Origin: a virus
Reading direction: 5' to 3' (one strand)
IMG/VR virus record: IMGVR_UViG_3300036770_006330
DNA: 64,000 nt
Made by a program: the position numbers and the translations under genes. Positions within the stretch are counted from its first letter, which is position 1. The number at the start of each line of letters is the position of its first letter. Under the pieces are notes generated by a model. The model was given only the letters and a program-made list of their open reading frames with translations, ran no database searches and had not been told where the DNA came from. Of this stretch, positions 28,067 through 38,725 are shown piece after piece.

Positions 28067-29323
28067 TTAACCAACCATTTCATGTCGTATTAATGTGCCC
28101 AATGGCCTAGCAGGCTCAATAGCCTCAAGTACTAAGTCGGATGACTCCCCGATTACTTCAGCGCCAGTGGCACCATAAGTTTCGTACCAATAGGTTTTTA
28201 GGTCAATTACAAACGGCTCAACATCATAATTATATGACACTGACGCTGACTCTGTGCCGATAAGCATCAATTTGGTTGCTTCTATTACGGCTGGCAGGGT
28301 GCCGGCATTTTTCCCGTAATAACCATATTCGAGCTGCCAGCGGAGCAGTTCCTCCTGCGCTTCTACGGTAAGCGGAGGTGGATTCAGCTCGGTGAAACTC
28401 GTCAAACGAAGAACGTTTGCAGAATTCAAAGTGCTTTGGTCAAGAATAAACGGGTCTGACAAATAGTCTAATGATGACTCAAATTTTGTGACGGGTCGTG
28501 TCCCATTGAATTTACAAAGCCAAATCATGGTTTCAAAATCTGCCACATCATGATTGACGAGTGCGCTCTTGGTTTCATTGTCGGAATCGTCAAAACCCTC
28601 TTCAATATCCAAATAAGCAAACGACCTAGTTAGCTCCATTGAGTCGCCAAGACCGAGTGTTGCAACGTCAATTACTCTCAATAACGGAACGTCTGGTGAA
28701 ACTTCTGCATACTGGTCAGTTTCAATCATCACTTCGGGCATGATTGACGCAATAGCGTTTACGGCGATATTATTGGCAGCAAATTCGTATGCCGGATAGA
28801 GCGCTGGAAATGTGACATAAAATGGTTCTTCGGTTTGTGACGGGCTGAATAAAATTTCTATGGATACTGATGGGACACCTTGCGGCTGACCAATAATAAT
28901 TGGATTTGTTCTAAATATGAACCATTGCGGGGAGAGCACTCCTGGTGCGTTTACTGCAGCGGCAGATTCCAACAAATTTACGGTTGTGGTTACGGTTGTT
29001 GTCAATGGTTCATCGTCATGTACTAGTGTTGTTGAAACCACCCCGCCAGATGGCATTTTTACAGCGAAAACAAAAACAATTTCTTTTTCTTCATCTGATT
29101 GGTTTAGCTGGATTTCCGGCAATAAAAGTTTGCCAGTGCCTGGCAAATTGTAAACGCTTATTTCTGGTGCGAAAAGCTCAATTTGGCGGAACTGTGAATC
29201 TGGCGCAAGTTCCGAAGCGGTATCAATAGAAAAAATTAGGTCTTCGAGTTGCCACTCACCAACACCGCCAATGCTGGCCAATGTTGCGGCATTACCAGTA
29301 AGTCTATTTACTATGCCTGACAT
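28067..29323 (-). CDS. baseplate wedge protein (gpI-like)
   Basis: After baseplate J; GTLPAVIEATK and ARPLG motifs. Confidence 0.6.
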   Translation of the reverse strand: MSGIVNRLTGNAATLASIGGVGEWQLEDLIFSIDTASELAPDSQFRQIELFAPEISVYNLPGTGKLLLPEIQLNQSDEEKEIVFVFAVKMPSGGVVSTTLVHDDEPLTTTVTTTVNLLESAAAVNAPGVLSPQWFIFRTNPIIIGQPQGVPSVSIEILFSPSQTEEPFYVTFPALYPAYEFAANNIAVNAIASIMPEVMIETDQYAEVSPDVPLLRVIDVATLGLGDSMELTRSFAYLDIEEGFDDSDNETKSALVNHDVADFETMIWLCKFNGTRPVTKFESSLDYLSDPFILDQSTLNSANVLRLTSFTELNPPPLTVEAQEELLRWQLEYGYYGKNAGTLPAVIEATKLMLIGTESASVSYNYDVEPFVIDLKTYWYETYGATGAEVIGESSDLVLEAIEPARPLGTLIRHEMVG

Positions 29324-29325
29324 TA

Positions 29326-30831
29326 TTAAACGACCACGACCTCAACCGAGGCTCTAGGCAGAATGCCTGCGTAGAGCATTGCATATCCAAGCAAATTTCC
29401 ACCATCATTAAGTTCCTGGACGAGCTCTTCGTTGTTGTAACGGACTCGGATATCTCCAGCAAATTGAGGAGCTGTATATTGAGGGACCGAAGACGCGACG
29501 CTATACACATATGACACGCCAGGAACCTTGCTGGCGCGAACAACTAAATCAAAAATGCGAACTACGCTGTCCCAGTTTGGCCAGTTTGCCGGAGAAACAT
29601 ATTGTTCAAGGTCTTCGGCAGCATTCAATGCAACCTGACCAGCACCGTATTCGGGGTCTACAGAAATTGTCACCGTGAAGTTCAAATCGACTGGATATGC
29701 ATCAAGAATTCGGAATGACAGACCTGCCGGTATGCGATTGGCAATATCAATGGCAATATCCTCTTTGGTCTTGGTGTAAACGGGAGAACCGTTCTGGTCG
29801 CAAATGAAGATAACGAAGTGCCCTGGCCAATCGCCAACTTGGCCCAACTCAATAGACTCCATCGACAAAACGTCAACAGGACCAACCGGATATGCCGGCG
29901 TGCTGGATACTACATCGTTATAGTTCAACGTTGTTGAGTTGGCCGAAGCGGCGGAATAGACACCCGAAATGGCAATGGTTTCAAAATCAGTTTCGCCATA
30001 GAAGTCTGGGGCCAACACCATGAATAACCCGCCGCTTGGTGAATTGGAAATGAACTCTGAGCTGACCGTAATATTCGCGTCGTACTGAACTTTTAAGAGG
30101 TTTGCCTCTTCATCGTCAGCATCATAGAAAACGGCTTTTGTTAGGTCATATACCTTGCATCTATGCACTTCTGGGTAAGTAGAAAGAATGTACTTTTCTA
30201 CTTGTTTTGCCGTTGCCAATACAGAACTTAAAGATTCGAGTTTGGTTGTCCCACGATTGAAATACTCAGCCTCGGTCTCTGCTCTAGCACCTTGCGATAT
30301 GGCAGACGCAGTAGTTGCGGACAGCACGGTCGTGCTGGGCTGCGAAAGAACCAATGGCGTGCCAGCCGGGATATTTGGAAGAATGCCAGCCACCTGCGAC
30401 CTAGCAGTAGCCGTAACGGTCACCGAAGCGCTATCCGCAGTGACTGTGCCAAGCAATTCGAACGGATATTGAACAGAAATATCACCTTCGGTTGTTTCGT
30501 ACACCGCAATCGTCCCAGCTGGGACTGCGCCGCCTGGTTCATCGAGTTCATACTCAATCGATACTGTTCCAAAAGTAGCTTCTTTGCGCAAGATGTCCAT
30601 GTAGCGCAACACGCCCTCCATCAGCCCATCCGGCAGGCGGTTTATGTTACCGAGGTTCAATGATGATATGTATGAAGTTGCTTGAAGCAGCGCGTCTTCG
30701 ACGGTACCTGCTCGCGGTGAAAATTCAGGAAGAGCAACTCTTGCGTAATCAACAGCCTCATCGTAGATTTCATCTGGCTGTTTATCATTGATTGTTAAAT
30801 CGATGTATTGTGAAAAATCTGGAGATGGCAT
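29326..30831 (-). CDS. baseplate J-like protein
   Basis: LPEFSPRAGTVEDALLQA, VPAGT, GARAETEAEY, C-terminal VPGVSYV. Confidence 0.85.
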   Translation of the reverse strand: MPSPDFSQYIDLTINDKQPDEIYDEAVDYARVALPEFSPRAGTVEDALLQATSYISSLNLGNINRLPDGLMEGVLRYMDILRKEATFGTVSIEYELDEPGGAVPAGTIAVYETTEGDISVQYPFELLGTVTADSASVTVTATARSQVAGILPNIPAGTPLVLSQPSTTVLSATTASAISQGARAETEAEYFNRGTTKLESLSSVLATAKQVEKYILSTYPEVHRCKVYDLTKAVFYDADDEEANLLKVQYDANITVSSEFISNSPSGGLFMVLAPDFYGETDFETIAISGVYSAASANSTTLNYNDVVSSTPAYPVGPVDVLSMESIELGQVGDWPGHFVIFICDQNGSPVYTKTKEDIAIDIANRIPAGLSFRILDAYPVDLNFTVTISVDPEYGAGQVALNAAEDLEQYVSPANWPNWDSVVRIFDLVVRASKVPGVSYVYSVASSVPQYTAPQFAGDIRVRYNNEELVQELNDGGNLLGYAMLYAGILPRASVEVVVV

Positions 30832-30833
30832 AT

Positions 30834-31136
30834 TTATTGACCCTCATGAACGAAGTCGACAATCAACCGTCTTTGGCCAGTGTCCGATGCTTCTGTCTGC
30901 CTGAGTGAAGTTAACTGTATTTCTGGCCAAAATCGGTTTAATGTGTAACGAAGTTCAGCTTCTCTAAATTCGATGAACGTAGAGTCTTTGACTCCGTAGG
31001 TAATTTCCAATGGCAGCTCACCCTTCTCTATTCTGCAGGCAAGCGCGATTACCTGAGAATAGTAGGGTCGTGTGAACTCCTCAATAACTGAAATTCGGCC
31101 CTTGTCAAAGGTAATCGGTAGTTTGATTGTGTCCAT
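30834..31136 (-). CDS. baseplate wedge/sheath initiator (gp25/W-like)
   Basis: GELPLEITYG motif, 100 aa, upstream of J. Confidence 0.7.
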   Translation of the reverse strand: MDTIKLPITFDKGRISVIEEFTRPYYSQVIALACRIEKGELPLEITYGVKDSTFIEFREAELRYTLNRFWPEIQLTSLRQTEASDTGQRRLIVDFVHEGQ

Positions 31137-31142
31137 ATTTGC

Positions 31143-31520
31143 CTAATCGAAGTTGCTGTCAACGTATTGTTTTAATGCAAGTATCTCGTTATCTACGTAA
31201 AGTTTATTTGCTGCATCTGTCGATGTGGACGGTGCATCAACGTCCTTTATAATTTTACTCTTTGTTTCTCTGCCCAGTATGACGACTTCGTCAAATCTGT
31301 TGTCAAGAAAACCGCATAGAACTCTCTGCCCAAGGACTGGATAAGTTGTAAAAACAACACATGGGCCAAACGTTACAGTTGGGGCCACCCTGGGTATTTG
31401 AACAAATACTCCACCAGCCGAGACGCGCACGACTTTGCCAATATAAAGTCCGCCCGGCTTGGGGCGCCTAGAAGAGGCCTTTTTGGAATTACCGAACCTG
31501 GCAGTTGGGTCGTAAAGCAT
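31143..31520 (-). CDS. baseplate spike-like protein (gpV OB-fold)
   Basis: YIGKVVRV..VFVQIP..PVLGQRVLCGF; position between hub and gp25. Confidence 0.6.
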   Translation of the reverse strand: MLYDPTARFGNSKKASSRRPKPGGLYIGKVVRVSAGGVFVQIPRVAPTVTFGPCVVFTTYPVLGQRVLCGFLDNRFDEVVILGRETKSKIIKDVDAPSTSTDAANKLYVDNEILALKQYVDSNFD

Positions 31521-31524
31521 GGGA

Positions 31525-32913
31525 TTAGTTTAAACTCCCTGGTGTTGTTCCTGTGCGAGGTTTGATTGGTTTGCCCTTTTGGTCTTTCGGTTCCTCTGGG
31601 GTCCTGAAACTTATTTGAGCTGGCTGTGGTGAGCCTTCAGAAAACGTCACTTCTGTTATGAGGTATCCCCCGAAAAAATATGATGGGAACGGACCACACA
31701 GCGCTGTGTGACCCGGCCTAAGAGCACCACCTTGCGGCATTAGAACATTGCAGGAGCCAGTAGCAGCTAAGGGTTCATTGTCGGAAGTCGTAAAATCATG
31801 CCACGATTCAAGCTCGAACAGTTCAGTTGCGTCACCCCTAATCCATTCGGTTGCCAGAACTTTGGGGTCTTGCGTTGGGGCAAATAGCAAAGGTACAAAT
31901 TTCTTCGGAGGAGTTCCAGGTCCTGTTACGCTACCAAATTTCCAAAGCAGCCACTCTTGTGATGCATAAATAAGCACACCGTCAACTTCAAATACCACAA
32001 ATTGATTATCGTTTGCCGTTCTTACCAAAACATCCCAAACAGATTCTTCTCCGTCAGAACTTCGAGCTTTGAATGTGCTTTTCGTCTTTGATGTCTGCTG
32101 CCCCACAAACTGTAAGCCAAATTTTCGCGCTGCATTTCCTGCATATTGATACCCAGAGCTACCAGTTACTGAGCCCGGAGTCTTATCCCTGCGCATTTGC
32201 TGAAGTGCCTTATTTCGGGCTTTGATTATTACCGATGGAGAGCCGCCAGGGCCTGGTCGAGCCGAGACCTCTGCTATCTCATACCGGCGCCCACGGTACG
32301 TAATGTCACGACGAATTACGAAATAATTGCTTTCGAACATCCTGTAGTCTTCATCAATGACCTCGATTGAAATTTCAGGATTCAGGTCCATTGAGTAGCT
32401 GACAGTGACTGCGACCATATTTTCAGAAAATGTTTGTAACGATGCGCCATAAAGGTCTGACATCTGCAAGATACCGCCGAGGTTTCTATTATTCGGCTCT
32501 ATGATTTCGTTTATCGGATACCATGTTTTTTCGCCAACAAGATAATTAGGATTGTTTTTTATCTGAGAGCGATATTTCTCACCTTCTTTTTTCGAAAGTA
32601 GGGTCGCATACGAGTTTGCATCTTTGAGACGCGCAAATTTGCCCAAATGTCTGCCGGTATCCAAATACAGCAGCCGAGCGTCTTTTTCGGTAAGCTGATT
32701 TCCATCATCTGAAATGGTTGGTATTACCGTAAAAACACTTGTGCCGTCTGGGTATTTGTCCGTAATTGTTATAGACGCGATGGTCGCTATGGTGCCGTTT
32801 TTAAGCTTTACAATCGGTCGGAGGTTTAGATTGATATTCCCATAGGCGATAACGTTTGCCTCAAAGACTCCAGCCTCTTGCGCTGTCGGATATTCAGGGC
32901 GCCGTTCAAGCAT
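31525..32913 (-). CDS. baseplate hub (gpD-like) with extra N-terminal domain
   Basis: ESVWDVLVRTA..QFVVFEVDGVLIY, LRPG, YLITEVTF. Confidence 0.65.
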   Translation of the reverse strand: MLERRPEYPTAQEAGVFEANVIAYGNINLNLRPIVKLKNGTIATIASITITDKYPDGTSVFTVIPTISDDGNQLTEKDARLLYLDTGRHLGKFARLKDANSYATLLSKKEGEKYRSQIKNNPNYLVGEKTWYPINEIIEPNNRNLGGILQMSDLYGASLQTFSENMVAVTVSYSMDLNPEISIEVIDEDYRMFESNYFVIRRDITYRGRRYEIAEVSARPGPGGSPSVIIKARNKALQQMRRDKTPGSVTGSSGYQYAGNAARKFGLQFVGQQTSKTKSTFKARSSDGEESVWDVLVRTANDNQFVVFEVDGVLIYASQEWLLWKFGSVTGPGTPPKKFVPLLFAPTQDPKVLATEWIRGDATELFELESWHDFTTSDNEPLAATGSCNVLMPQGGALRPGHTALCGPFPSYFFGGYLITEVTFSEGSPQPAQISFRTPEEPKDQKGKPIKPRTGTTPGSLN

Positions 32914-32927
32914 TTATATTCACGCCT

Positions 32928-33650
32928 CTAGCCACGCCGTCCGTAAAGCTTATCGGCCAGTTGATTCGCTAAAGCGTATTGACCGGCAGCCCGCAGGGCC
33001 GCAATTTGTGCGGCCGTATCGTCTTTGTTGCCAGTTTTGTCGTCGGTGGGTTTCTTTTTTTGCTCTGGTTTAAATTTCCCATATTTGAACCTGGGTAGCA
33101 AAATCATTTTATTACTGCGCGGCTTAAATTCGACCAATGAAAGAGTGCATTGAGCGGCTGTAGTTTGGCCGTCAGTATTTATTCTGGTATGAGAAAACGA
33201 AATGTTATCTATGTACCAATGCGGAGTTGAGAGCGATTCATGAACGTTGTCAAAATCTACGGGTATGCCGTAGTTGGCGAATTCTTGAAGAAGTTTAATC
33301 TCCGAGTCAATTGGGATAAAAAATCCATCCAATCTCGATGCAATCACAAATTCAAACGAACATCTGAGCGCCTTGCCACCTGTCGTATCTATTACCGGAA
33401 CAGAATATGGTCTATTAATCTCATTTAGGGTTATGCCATAGCCTTCGTGCGTAAATGTTGTGGGCGGAAATATAAATTCATATTTTAGAAAAGGTGATGT
33501 TACCTGCCGCATCGCACGGACTTTTGGCATAAAGTCATTTTTAGTTGTGTTGCCATTTCGTGCGTTTGATTCAAGCGTCGCCCGTACCTTGGTTAGCCTC
33601 TCGAAGTCAGACGAACCAACGACATCACGTCCCGAAATTGCGATAGCCAT
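32928..33650 (-). CDS. tail tube initiator / baseplate protein
   Basis: Directly after tape measure; EINRPYSVP, WYIDNISF, CTLSLVE. Confidence 0.6.
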   Translation of the reverse strand: MAIAISGRDVVGSSDFERLTKVRATLESNARNGNTTKNDFMPKVRAMRQVTSPFLKYEFIFPPTTFTHEGYGITLNEINRPYSVPVIDTTGGKALRCSFEFVIASRLDGFFIPIDSEIKLLQEFANYGIPVDFDNVHESLSTPHWYIDNISFSHTRINTDGQTTAAQCTLSLVEFKPRSNKMILLPRFKYGKFKPEQKKKPTDDKTGNKDDTAAQIAALRAAGQYALANQLADKLYGRRG

Positions 33651-36600
33651 TTACGACCTCTGCTTCCAGTTTCTTTGCATTTTCATGATTTCTTGAGCAA
33701 CAGCGCGCGCAGTAGATTGGGCATCTCCGCCGCCGTTTACTGTTATGTTGTACGTGTCGCCAGCGTAATTTGTTGTTCCACCGCTCATCGCAGACAGCAT
33801 TGAGCTGGAGGTGTCGCCCATCGGCCCCACTGGAGGTACGACATGGAGGTGTCTTCCATCGCCAGAGCCGTGGAACTCTGCAAATCCACCAGATGCGTTT
33901 ACTAGGCCGGCGTACTGGTTGAGGTTGGAGCCGATGAGGTCATAGGCATGGCCTGTGGCATGGTCTGAATTATTTGAGCCAAGCGCAAAGTTGCGCAAAG
34001 AGCTCGTTACGGTCCTGTTGCCCGGAACCATGCTGTTAAATATGCCATGTTTGCCCATTGTCTTTTTCAGTTGAGACGATTGCGTATCTCCGATAGGAAC
34101 AAGTTTGCTGATATTTCCGTCTTTATCAAGCTGCGCCTCAAAGCCAGTATTCCACCAGTTTGGAGCGTCATCCCACCAAAGCGGTCTGTTTTCTTTTGCC
34201 ATAAAACCACTCTGAATCGCGTCAAAGAACCCTTTTCGCATCACCTCTGCCTCTGCGGTAAGAATATCTTTGAACGGGTCAAGTTGACCGGAAAGTTCTT
34301 TTGTTAGGCCAACTCCAAATAGGTTTGTGCCCTGCCGTGGGCCAGATGTGCCGACCGAGCCAAATATGCTGTTGTAGTAGGCCGAAATCTCGCTTTGGCT
34401 CTTGCCCTTGAGCGCTGTCCCTCTGGCCAAATCACCCTCAAGTTTCTGCAATGAGGCCAATGCTGTTGCGTCACCACCCATTGCCTTATTAATCATTGTA
34501 AGAATCGCATTCTCGGTTGCTTTGGCACCCTTGTCCGCATCTGAGAATACGAAACCAGACGATGCAAGCATTGCCCCCAGCTGTGTCGACATTTGCATAG
34601 CGGTTCCGGATGCGGTTTGCTTCTGTGCTTCACCAATTAGGCCTTGGGCTTCTCCACCCATGGACAGGCCCTCCAGAACTCCACCGGGCCCGAATGCTGT
34701 TCCTTTGCCAACATTTGCGCCGATTCCCATTCGCTGAGCGGTCACTATGAAGTTAGTTAGCGGGCTTTCTGGGTTTATATAATTCGAATAATCCTGAAGC
34801 TTTGTGTAGTAGTCAAGAAATGCTTCGGTCGATGTATCTCCACCACGGAGTGTTTGACCCGCCGCTTGGAGGGCATCCTTCATTTCTTTAGATTGCCTAA
34901 ACTTTGCAAATACGTCCAATGATGCAACTTGCACATCCCGCAAGGAGTCCTTAAATTGCTTAGAAGTCTTTACCATTCCTACGCCAAGCTTCTGGACAGC
35001 ATCAGTCAGGCTGAGCGTCGTGTCGTAGAGATTTACGTTTTTCTCCATCGCAAGTTCAAAAATTGCTTCCGATGTCATGCCTGTGGATTGCTTAAGGCCC
35101 TTCATGATTGCGTCAAACTGGTTAAATGCTGGACCGAGTGCCATATTCATGGTCTTGTTAACGTTCTTGAGTTCTTCGGCGGCAGTTCCGGCCCTGTCGC
35201 CAGTAGCCAATGACAGAGCATTGCCGTCAATTATGCCGGCATCGATATATGGCTTAAGAACTTTCTGGCGCGCAGCCGGTGTTTTGGCAGCAGCAAAATC
35301 ACGAGACAAGTTTGAAGACTGAGCAAGCAAATTCCGAGCACCAGCGGTACTTCCTTTCAGCCCACCAGCTAGCGCAGCGGAAGCTATTGAGGACATTTGT
35401 GCATCACCAACAGCACGCATTGCCGACTTGACCATTTTCCCCTGATTGCGTTTCGCCGCAAAATAACCGAGGCCTGCTCCAAGGAGTCCGCCAACAGCTG
35501 CGCCTAATGGCCCAGCAATCATCGAACCGATTGCCGCGCCTCCGACGGCTCCCGAAATCATGCCACCCTTGCGGGTTTTTGCGCTAAATGCTGTGAGACC
35601 AGCACCAACGGCAAGGCCAAGCATCGGATTTATTGACATCAAACCGGCTCCAGCTTGCAAGCCCCCCATAGCCTCCTCCGAGACCATTCCCGCTCCGGCA
35701 AGTTTTTCAATTGCGTATCCGCTCGCCAGAGAAGCTGCTAATCCAGCGCCGCTGAAGGAATTGCGCATGCCCGCCTTAATGCCGCGCATTCGGCTGAATT
35801 TTGCGTTAGCCGGAATTTCTCCCTTTGCCTGAGCATCAAGGAAGTTTTGACGAGCCATCCGATAGCCAGCGCCAAAGTTACCGCCCTTCTTGCCACTAAC
35901 TGTTCTGTCGAATATATTGCCGCCAGGTCCAGATTTGGCAAATCCAAGTTGCCCCATGAGTTCTTGGCGGAACCCACGATAACCGGTTGTTCCATAACCC
36001 TGACCAAGAATTCCCCTAAGTAATCCGCCCTTCAACCCGCCTGCTGCGGCAGATGTCCCACCGCCCATTGCCCCACTAATTCCTGCCTCACGAGCGGCAA
36101 GTGCAACAGCACCCTGTTCTCGTCCAAGCCACATGTTGTAGAGGCCTTGTCGACCAAATCTGGTGGCGTTTCGCATATTTGCGCGTATGGCTCCAGGAAG
36201 GGCGCGCATTCTCCCGCCAATTGACGTGTACTGTCTGCCCGGCATGAAACCAGACTGCTGGAGCCGCGCATCCGTCGCATATCTGTAAGGGTCATTGCTC
36301 AAAAGAGTGCTGTGTGGCCCGCTAGGAGCGTTGGGACGCATAGCTCGTCTTGCTCGTCGTTCTGACTCTTTATATTGCTCCCTAGTCATCATTCTCATGC
36401 CGATTGCGTCTAGGTCTTGAGAAACACCTATCTGTCTGCCATAAATATTTGTCTGACCTGACTTATCTGAATACAGGGTTGGGGCCCTATATCCTCTCTG
36501 CTCTAGTGGAAGGTCAACAGTCCCCCGATTCGCCACCTTCCACCTGATAATGTCGCGTTGATAGTCGGCATTTGACTGTCCAGGTTTTCTTCTTGGGAGG

Positions 36601-38498
36601 CTTCTGTATCGCCCTGTAGCTGGGTCAACTGAACCGCCGCCCATACCTCCCCTAAGTGAGCTACCGAAAGCTGCGGAGGAAATTGCGCCTGCTGCGGAGC
36701 TAAGGGCTCCTGCCGCGCCACTGAGGGCGCCGCCAGCTCCAGTGAGACTGCTTGCTGCTGGTGCCATTGCAGCAGATGTCGCGCTAGACATTGCGCCAGA
36801 AAGCGAACCGAGACCTGGCGGTTGCGCACCACCGGCAGGCATTGCTTTTCCGCTATAAATCATGTCATCGAACGACATTTGATATCCGCGATTTCTTTGG
36901 AACCTCGCCGCTCTGCGTCCCTTGAACGCAAGCGCTCCAAGGCCACCGACTATCGCGGCACCACCAACACTGCCAAGGCCAGCAACCCCAGATACTGCAC
37001 TACCAAGTAATTTCATAAAAAACGAAAGCGCTTTAAGAAGAGGGGTGATTATTGGAAGGGCAGCCGCAAATGCCTCCCTCACAGCGCGGCTTATCTCAAA
37101 GAAGCCTTCGACGACCGATTTGAGCGCATCTCCGAATGCTAGGAAATCGTCTTTGTACTTTACTGCTTGTTCATCAAGCGCTTTTACGCTTTTGCCGATT
37201 TGCTTGAATATTTCAAGAATCGGCTTACCGAATGTTTGAATGACTATCGAGCCGCCATCTCTCAAAGGCTCGAGCGCGTCGCGCACCTGGCGGAAATACA
37301 CAGCAAAATCTTTAAAGAAATTTGTTGTTCTTTTCCAGAAACCCTCAGTTGCGGGCAGGAATTTGCGGAACATAACAACAGCAAAATCTTCTAATTTATT
37401 TGTAAACGCAACAAGCGAGCCAATGAACGGTCCCCTACCGAATGTGACAAGGTCGCCAGATATTCTTCTAAACGTCCTCATCAGCCCTTGGAAAATGTCA
37501 AACATGCCCTTCTTAATTGGCTCAAGGACGCGTTGTCCAACGTCCGAAATCTCAACCAGCGCTTGGCTTATATACGCTTTGAATTGACCAAACAGTGTTC
37601 TGCTTATGGCATCTGCCTGCCCAGACACTCCAGCTTCTGCGGCAATCTTGCCACTTAGCAAATCATCCATAAAGGCCTGCATGTTTTTGTATGAACCCTT
37701 CTTGAAGGCCTTGTCAAATTCAGGACTTATTTGTTTTGCTGCATTCAATGCTTCAGCGGTGAATTTCTTCTCTTTTTGCAGGAGACCGATAAAGGACGCT
37801 GCAGCCTGGAGACTTTTCGCCGGGTCGCCACTCGCCTGGGCAAAGTCAGCCATCGCCTTCAGGGCATTCTTAGAGGCTGGAGTAAACGCTGTACTCTTGC
37901 TGACCGCCGCGAATGCTCCAGCAAGGGCCTGCACCCCAAATGTGGCAAGAGTTGCGTCCTGGTAGAGACTTCTGAGATTTTGTGATGACTGGTCTAGGGC
38001 GCTACCAAGCTGTGCAGAATCTTTGTATCTGAACTGAAATTGCGCTGCTTGAAACTCACGGAATGCTGCTGCTGCACCTATTGCTGCTGCACCGACAGCC
38101 GCCAGCGTCCCAGCAAGCGCCTGCATGCCATAGTTATATACACGCATGGCAAATTTGCCTATTGCAAAAGCTGCATTTACGCTTGCTATAGCAAGTGCAG
38201 AAATACCGAACTCAATGCCCATAGCTATTACAGAAAACATGATGAGTCGCGCAAACTTCAGTACGCGAGTCCCAACCTTCTCCATCAACGTCAGCTCTCG
38301 CGTGAACTTCTGGCTGCTTTTGCTCGTCTTGTTCATCGCGCCACTAAGGCGTGTCATCGAGCCTGACAGTCTGTCAGTTCTGGTTTCTAGGCGTTTTGCA
38401 ACCTTCTCAAACGCAAGTAATTTTGCAGAGGCGGCGGTGAGATTGCGTTCACCCTTGACATTAACGTCAACTGTTAAATTTACGCGCTCGTCAGCCAT
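33651..38498 (-). CDS. tape measure protein with C-terminal M15-like peptidase domain
   Basis: 1615 aa, Ala/Gly-rich helical with hydrophobic segments, after the chaperone genes; SDHATGHAYD...HLH near C-terminus. Confidence 0.9.
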   Translation of the reverse strand: MADERVNLTVDVNVKGERNLTAASAKLLAFEKVAKRLETRTDRLSGSMTRLSGAMNKTSKSSQKFTRELTLMEKVGTRVLKFARLIMFSVIAMGIEFGISALAIASVNAAFAIGKFAMRVYNYGMQALAGTLAAVGAAAIGAAAAFREFQAAQFQFRYKDSAQLGSALDQSSQNLRSLYQDATLATFGVQALAGAFAAVSKSTAFTPASKNALKAMADFAQASGDPAKSLQAAASFIGLLQKEKKFTAEALNAAKQISPEFDKAFKKGSYKNMQAFMDDLLSGKIAAEAGVSGQADAISRTLFGQFKAYISQALVEISDVGQRVLEPIKKGMFDIFQGLMRTFRRISGDLVTFGRGPFIGSLVAFTNKLEDFAVVMFRKFLPATEGFWKRTTNFFKDFAVYFRQVRDALEPLRDGGSIVIQTFGKPILEIFKQIGKSVKALDEQAVKYKDDFLAFGDALKSVVEGFFEISRAVREAFAAALPIITPLLKALSFFMKLLGSAVSGVAGLGSVGGAAIVGGLGALAFKGRRAARFQRNRGYQMSFDDMIYSGKAMPAGGAQPPGLGSLSGAMSSATSAAMAPAASSLTGAGGALSGAAGALSSAAGAISSAAFGSSLRGGMGGGSVDPATGRYRSLPRRKPGQSNADYQRDIIRWKVANRGTVDLPLEQRGYRAPTLYSDKSGQTNIYGRQIGVSQDLDAIGMRMMTREQYKESERRARRAMRPNAPSGPHSTLLSNDPYRYATDARLQQSGFMPGRQYTSIGGRMRALPGAIRANMRNATRFGRQGLYNMWLGREQGAVALAAREAGISGAMGGGTSAAAGGLKGGLLRGILGQGYGTTGYRGFRQELMGQLGFAKSGPGGNIFDRTVSGKKGGNFGAGYRMARQNFLDAQAKGEIPANAKFSRMRGIKAGMRNSFSGAGLAASLASGYAIEKLAGAGMVSEEAMGGLQAGAGLMSINPMLGLAVGAGLTAFSAKTRKGGMISGAVGGAAIGSMIAGPLGAAVGGLLGAGLGYFAAKRNQGKMVKSAMRAVGDAQMSSIASAALAGGLKGSTAGARNLLAQSSNLSRDFAAAKTPAARQKVLKPYIDAGIIDGNALSLATGDRAGTAAEELKNVNKTMNMALGPAFNQFDAIMKGLKQSTGMTSEAIFELAMEKNVNLYDTTLSLTDAVQKLGVGMVKTSKQFKDSLRDVQVASLDVFAKFRQSKEMKDALQAAGQTLRGGDTSTEAFLDYYTKLQDYSNYINPESPLTNFIVTAQRMGIGANVGKGTAFGPGGVLEGLSMGGEAQGLIGEAQKQTASGTAMQMSTQLGAMLASSGFVFSDADKGAKATENAILTMINKAMGGDATALASLQKLEGDLARGTALKGKSQSEISAYYNSIFGSVGTSGPRQGTNLFGVGLTKELSGQLDPFKDILTAEAEVMRKGFFDAIQSGFMAKENRPLWWDDAPNWWNTGFEAQLDKDGNISKLVPIGDTQSSQLKKTMGKHGIFNSMVPGNRTVTSSLRNFALGSNNSDHATGHAYDLIGSNLNQYAGLVNASGGFAEFHGSGDGRHLHVVPPVGPMGDTSSSMLSAMSGGTTNYAGDTYNITVNGGGDAQSTARAVAQEIMKMQRNWKQRS

Positions 38499-38527
38499 GA
38501 CCCTACCTAGGTAATAAATTCGATGCG

Positions 38528-38725
38528 CTAGTACCCTTGAGACTTGCGCTCGGCTGCCTCACGGTCTGCCTCAATAACTTTAGCACAGGCAAGCCTTATA
38601 ATCCATTGCTCAAACGAGCAATCCATTAGCTTTATTGGGTCCGTCCCAAACAACTCGCCCAACCGGGCTGCAGTTATTATTCGGTTGTCGTCAACTAGTT
38701 CGCTGAGGACGGAGTCGTAGGGTTT
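38528..38725 (-). CDS. -1 frameshift extension of tail assembly chaperone (gpGT-like)
   Basis: Open -1 frame PYDSVLSELVDDNRIITAARLGELFGTDP...KSQGY* beginning at slippery A-AAC-CCT (38725..38719). Confidence 0.75.
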   Translation of the reverse strand, partial: KPYDSVLSELVDDNRIITAARLGELFGTDPIKLMDCSFEQWIIRLACAKVIEADREAAERKSQGY

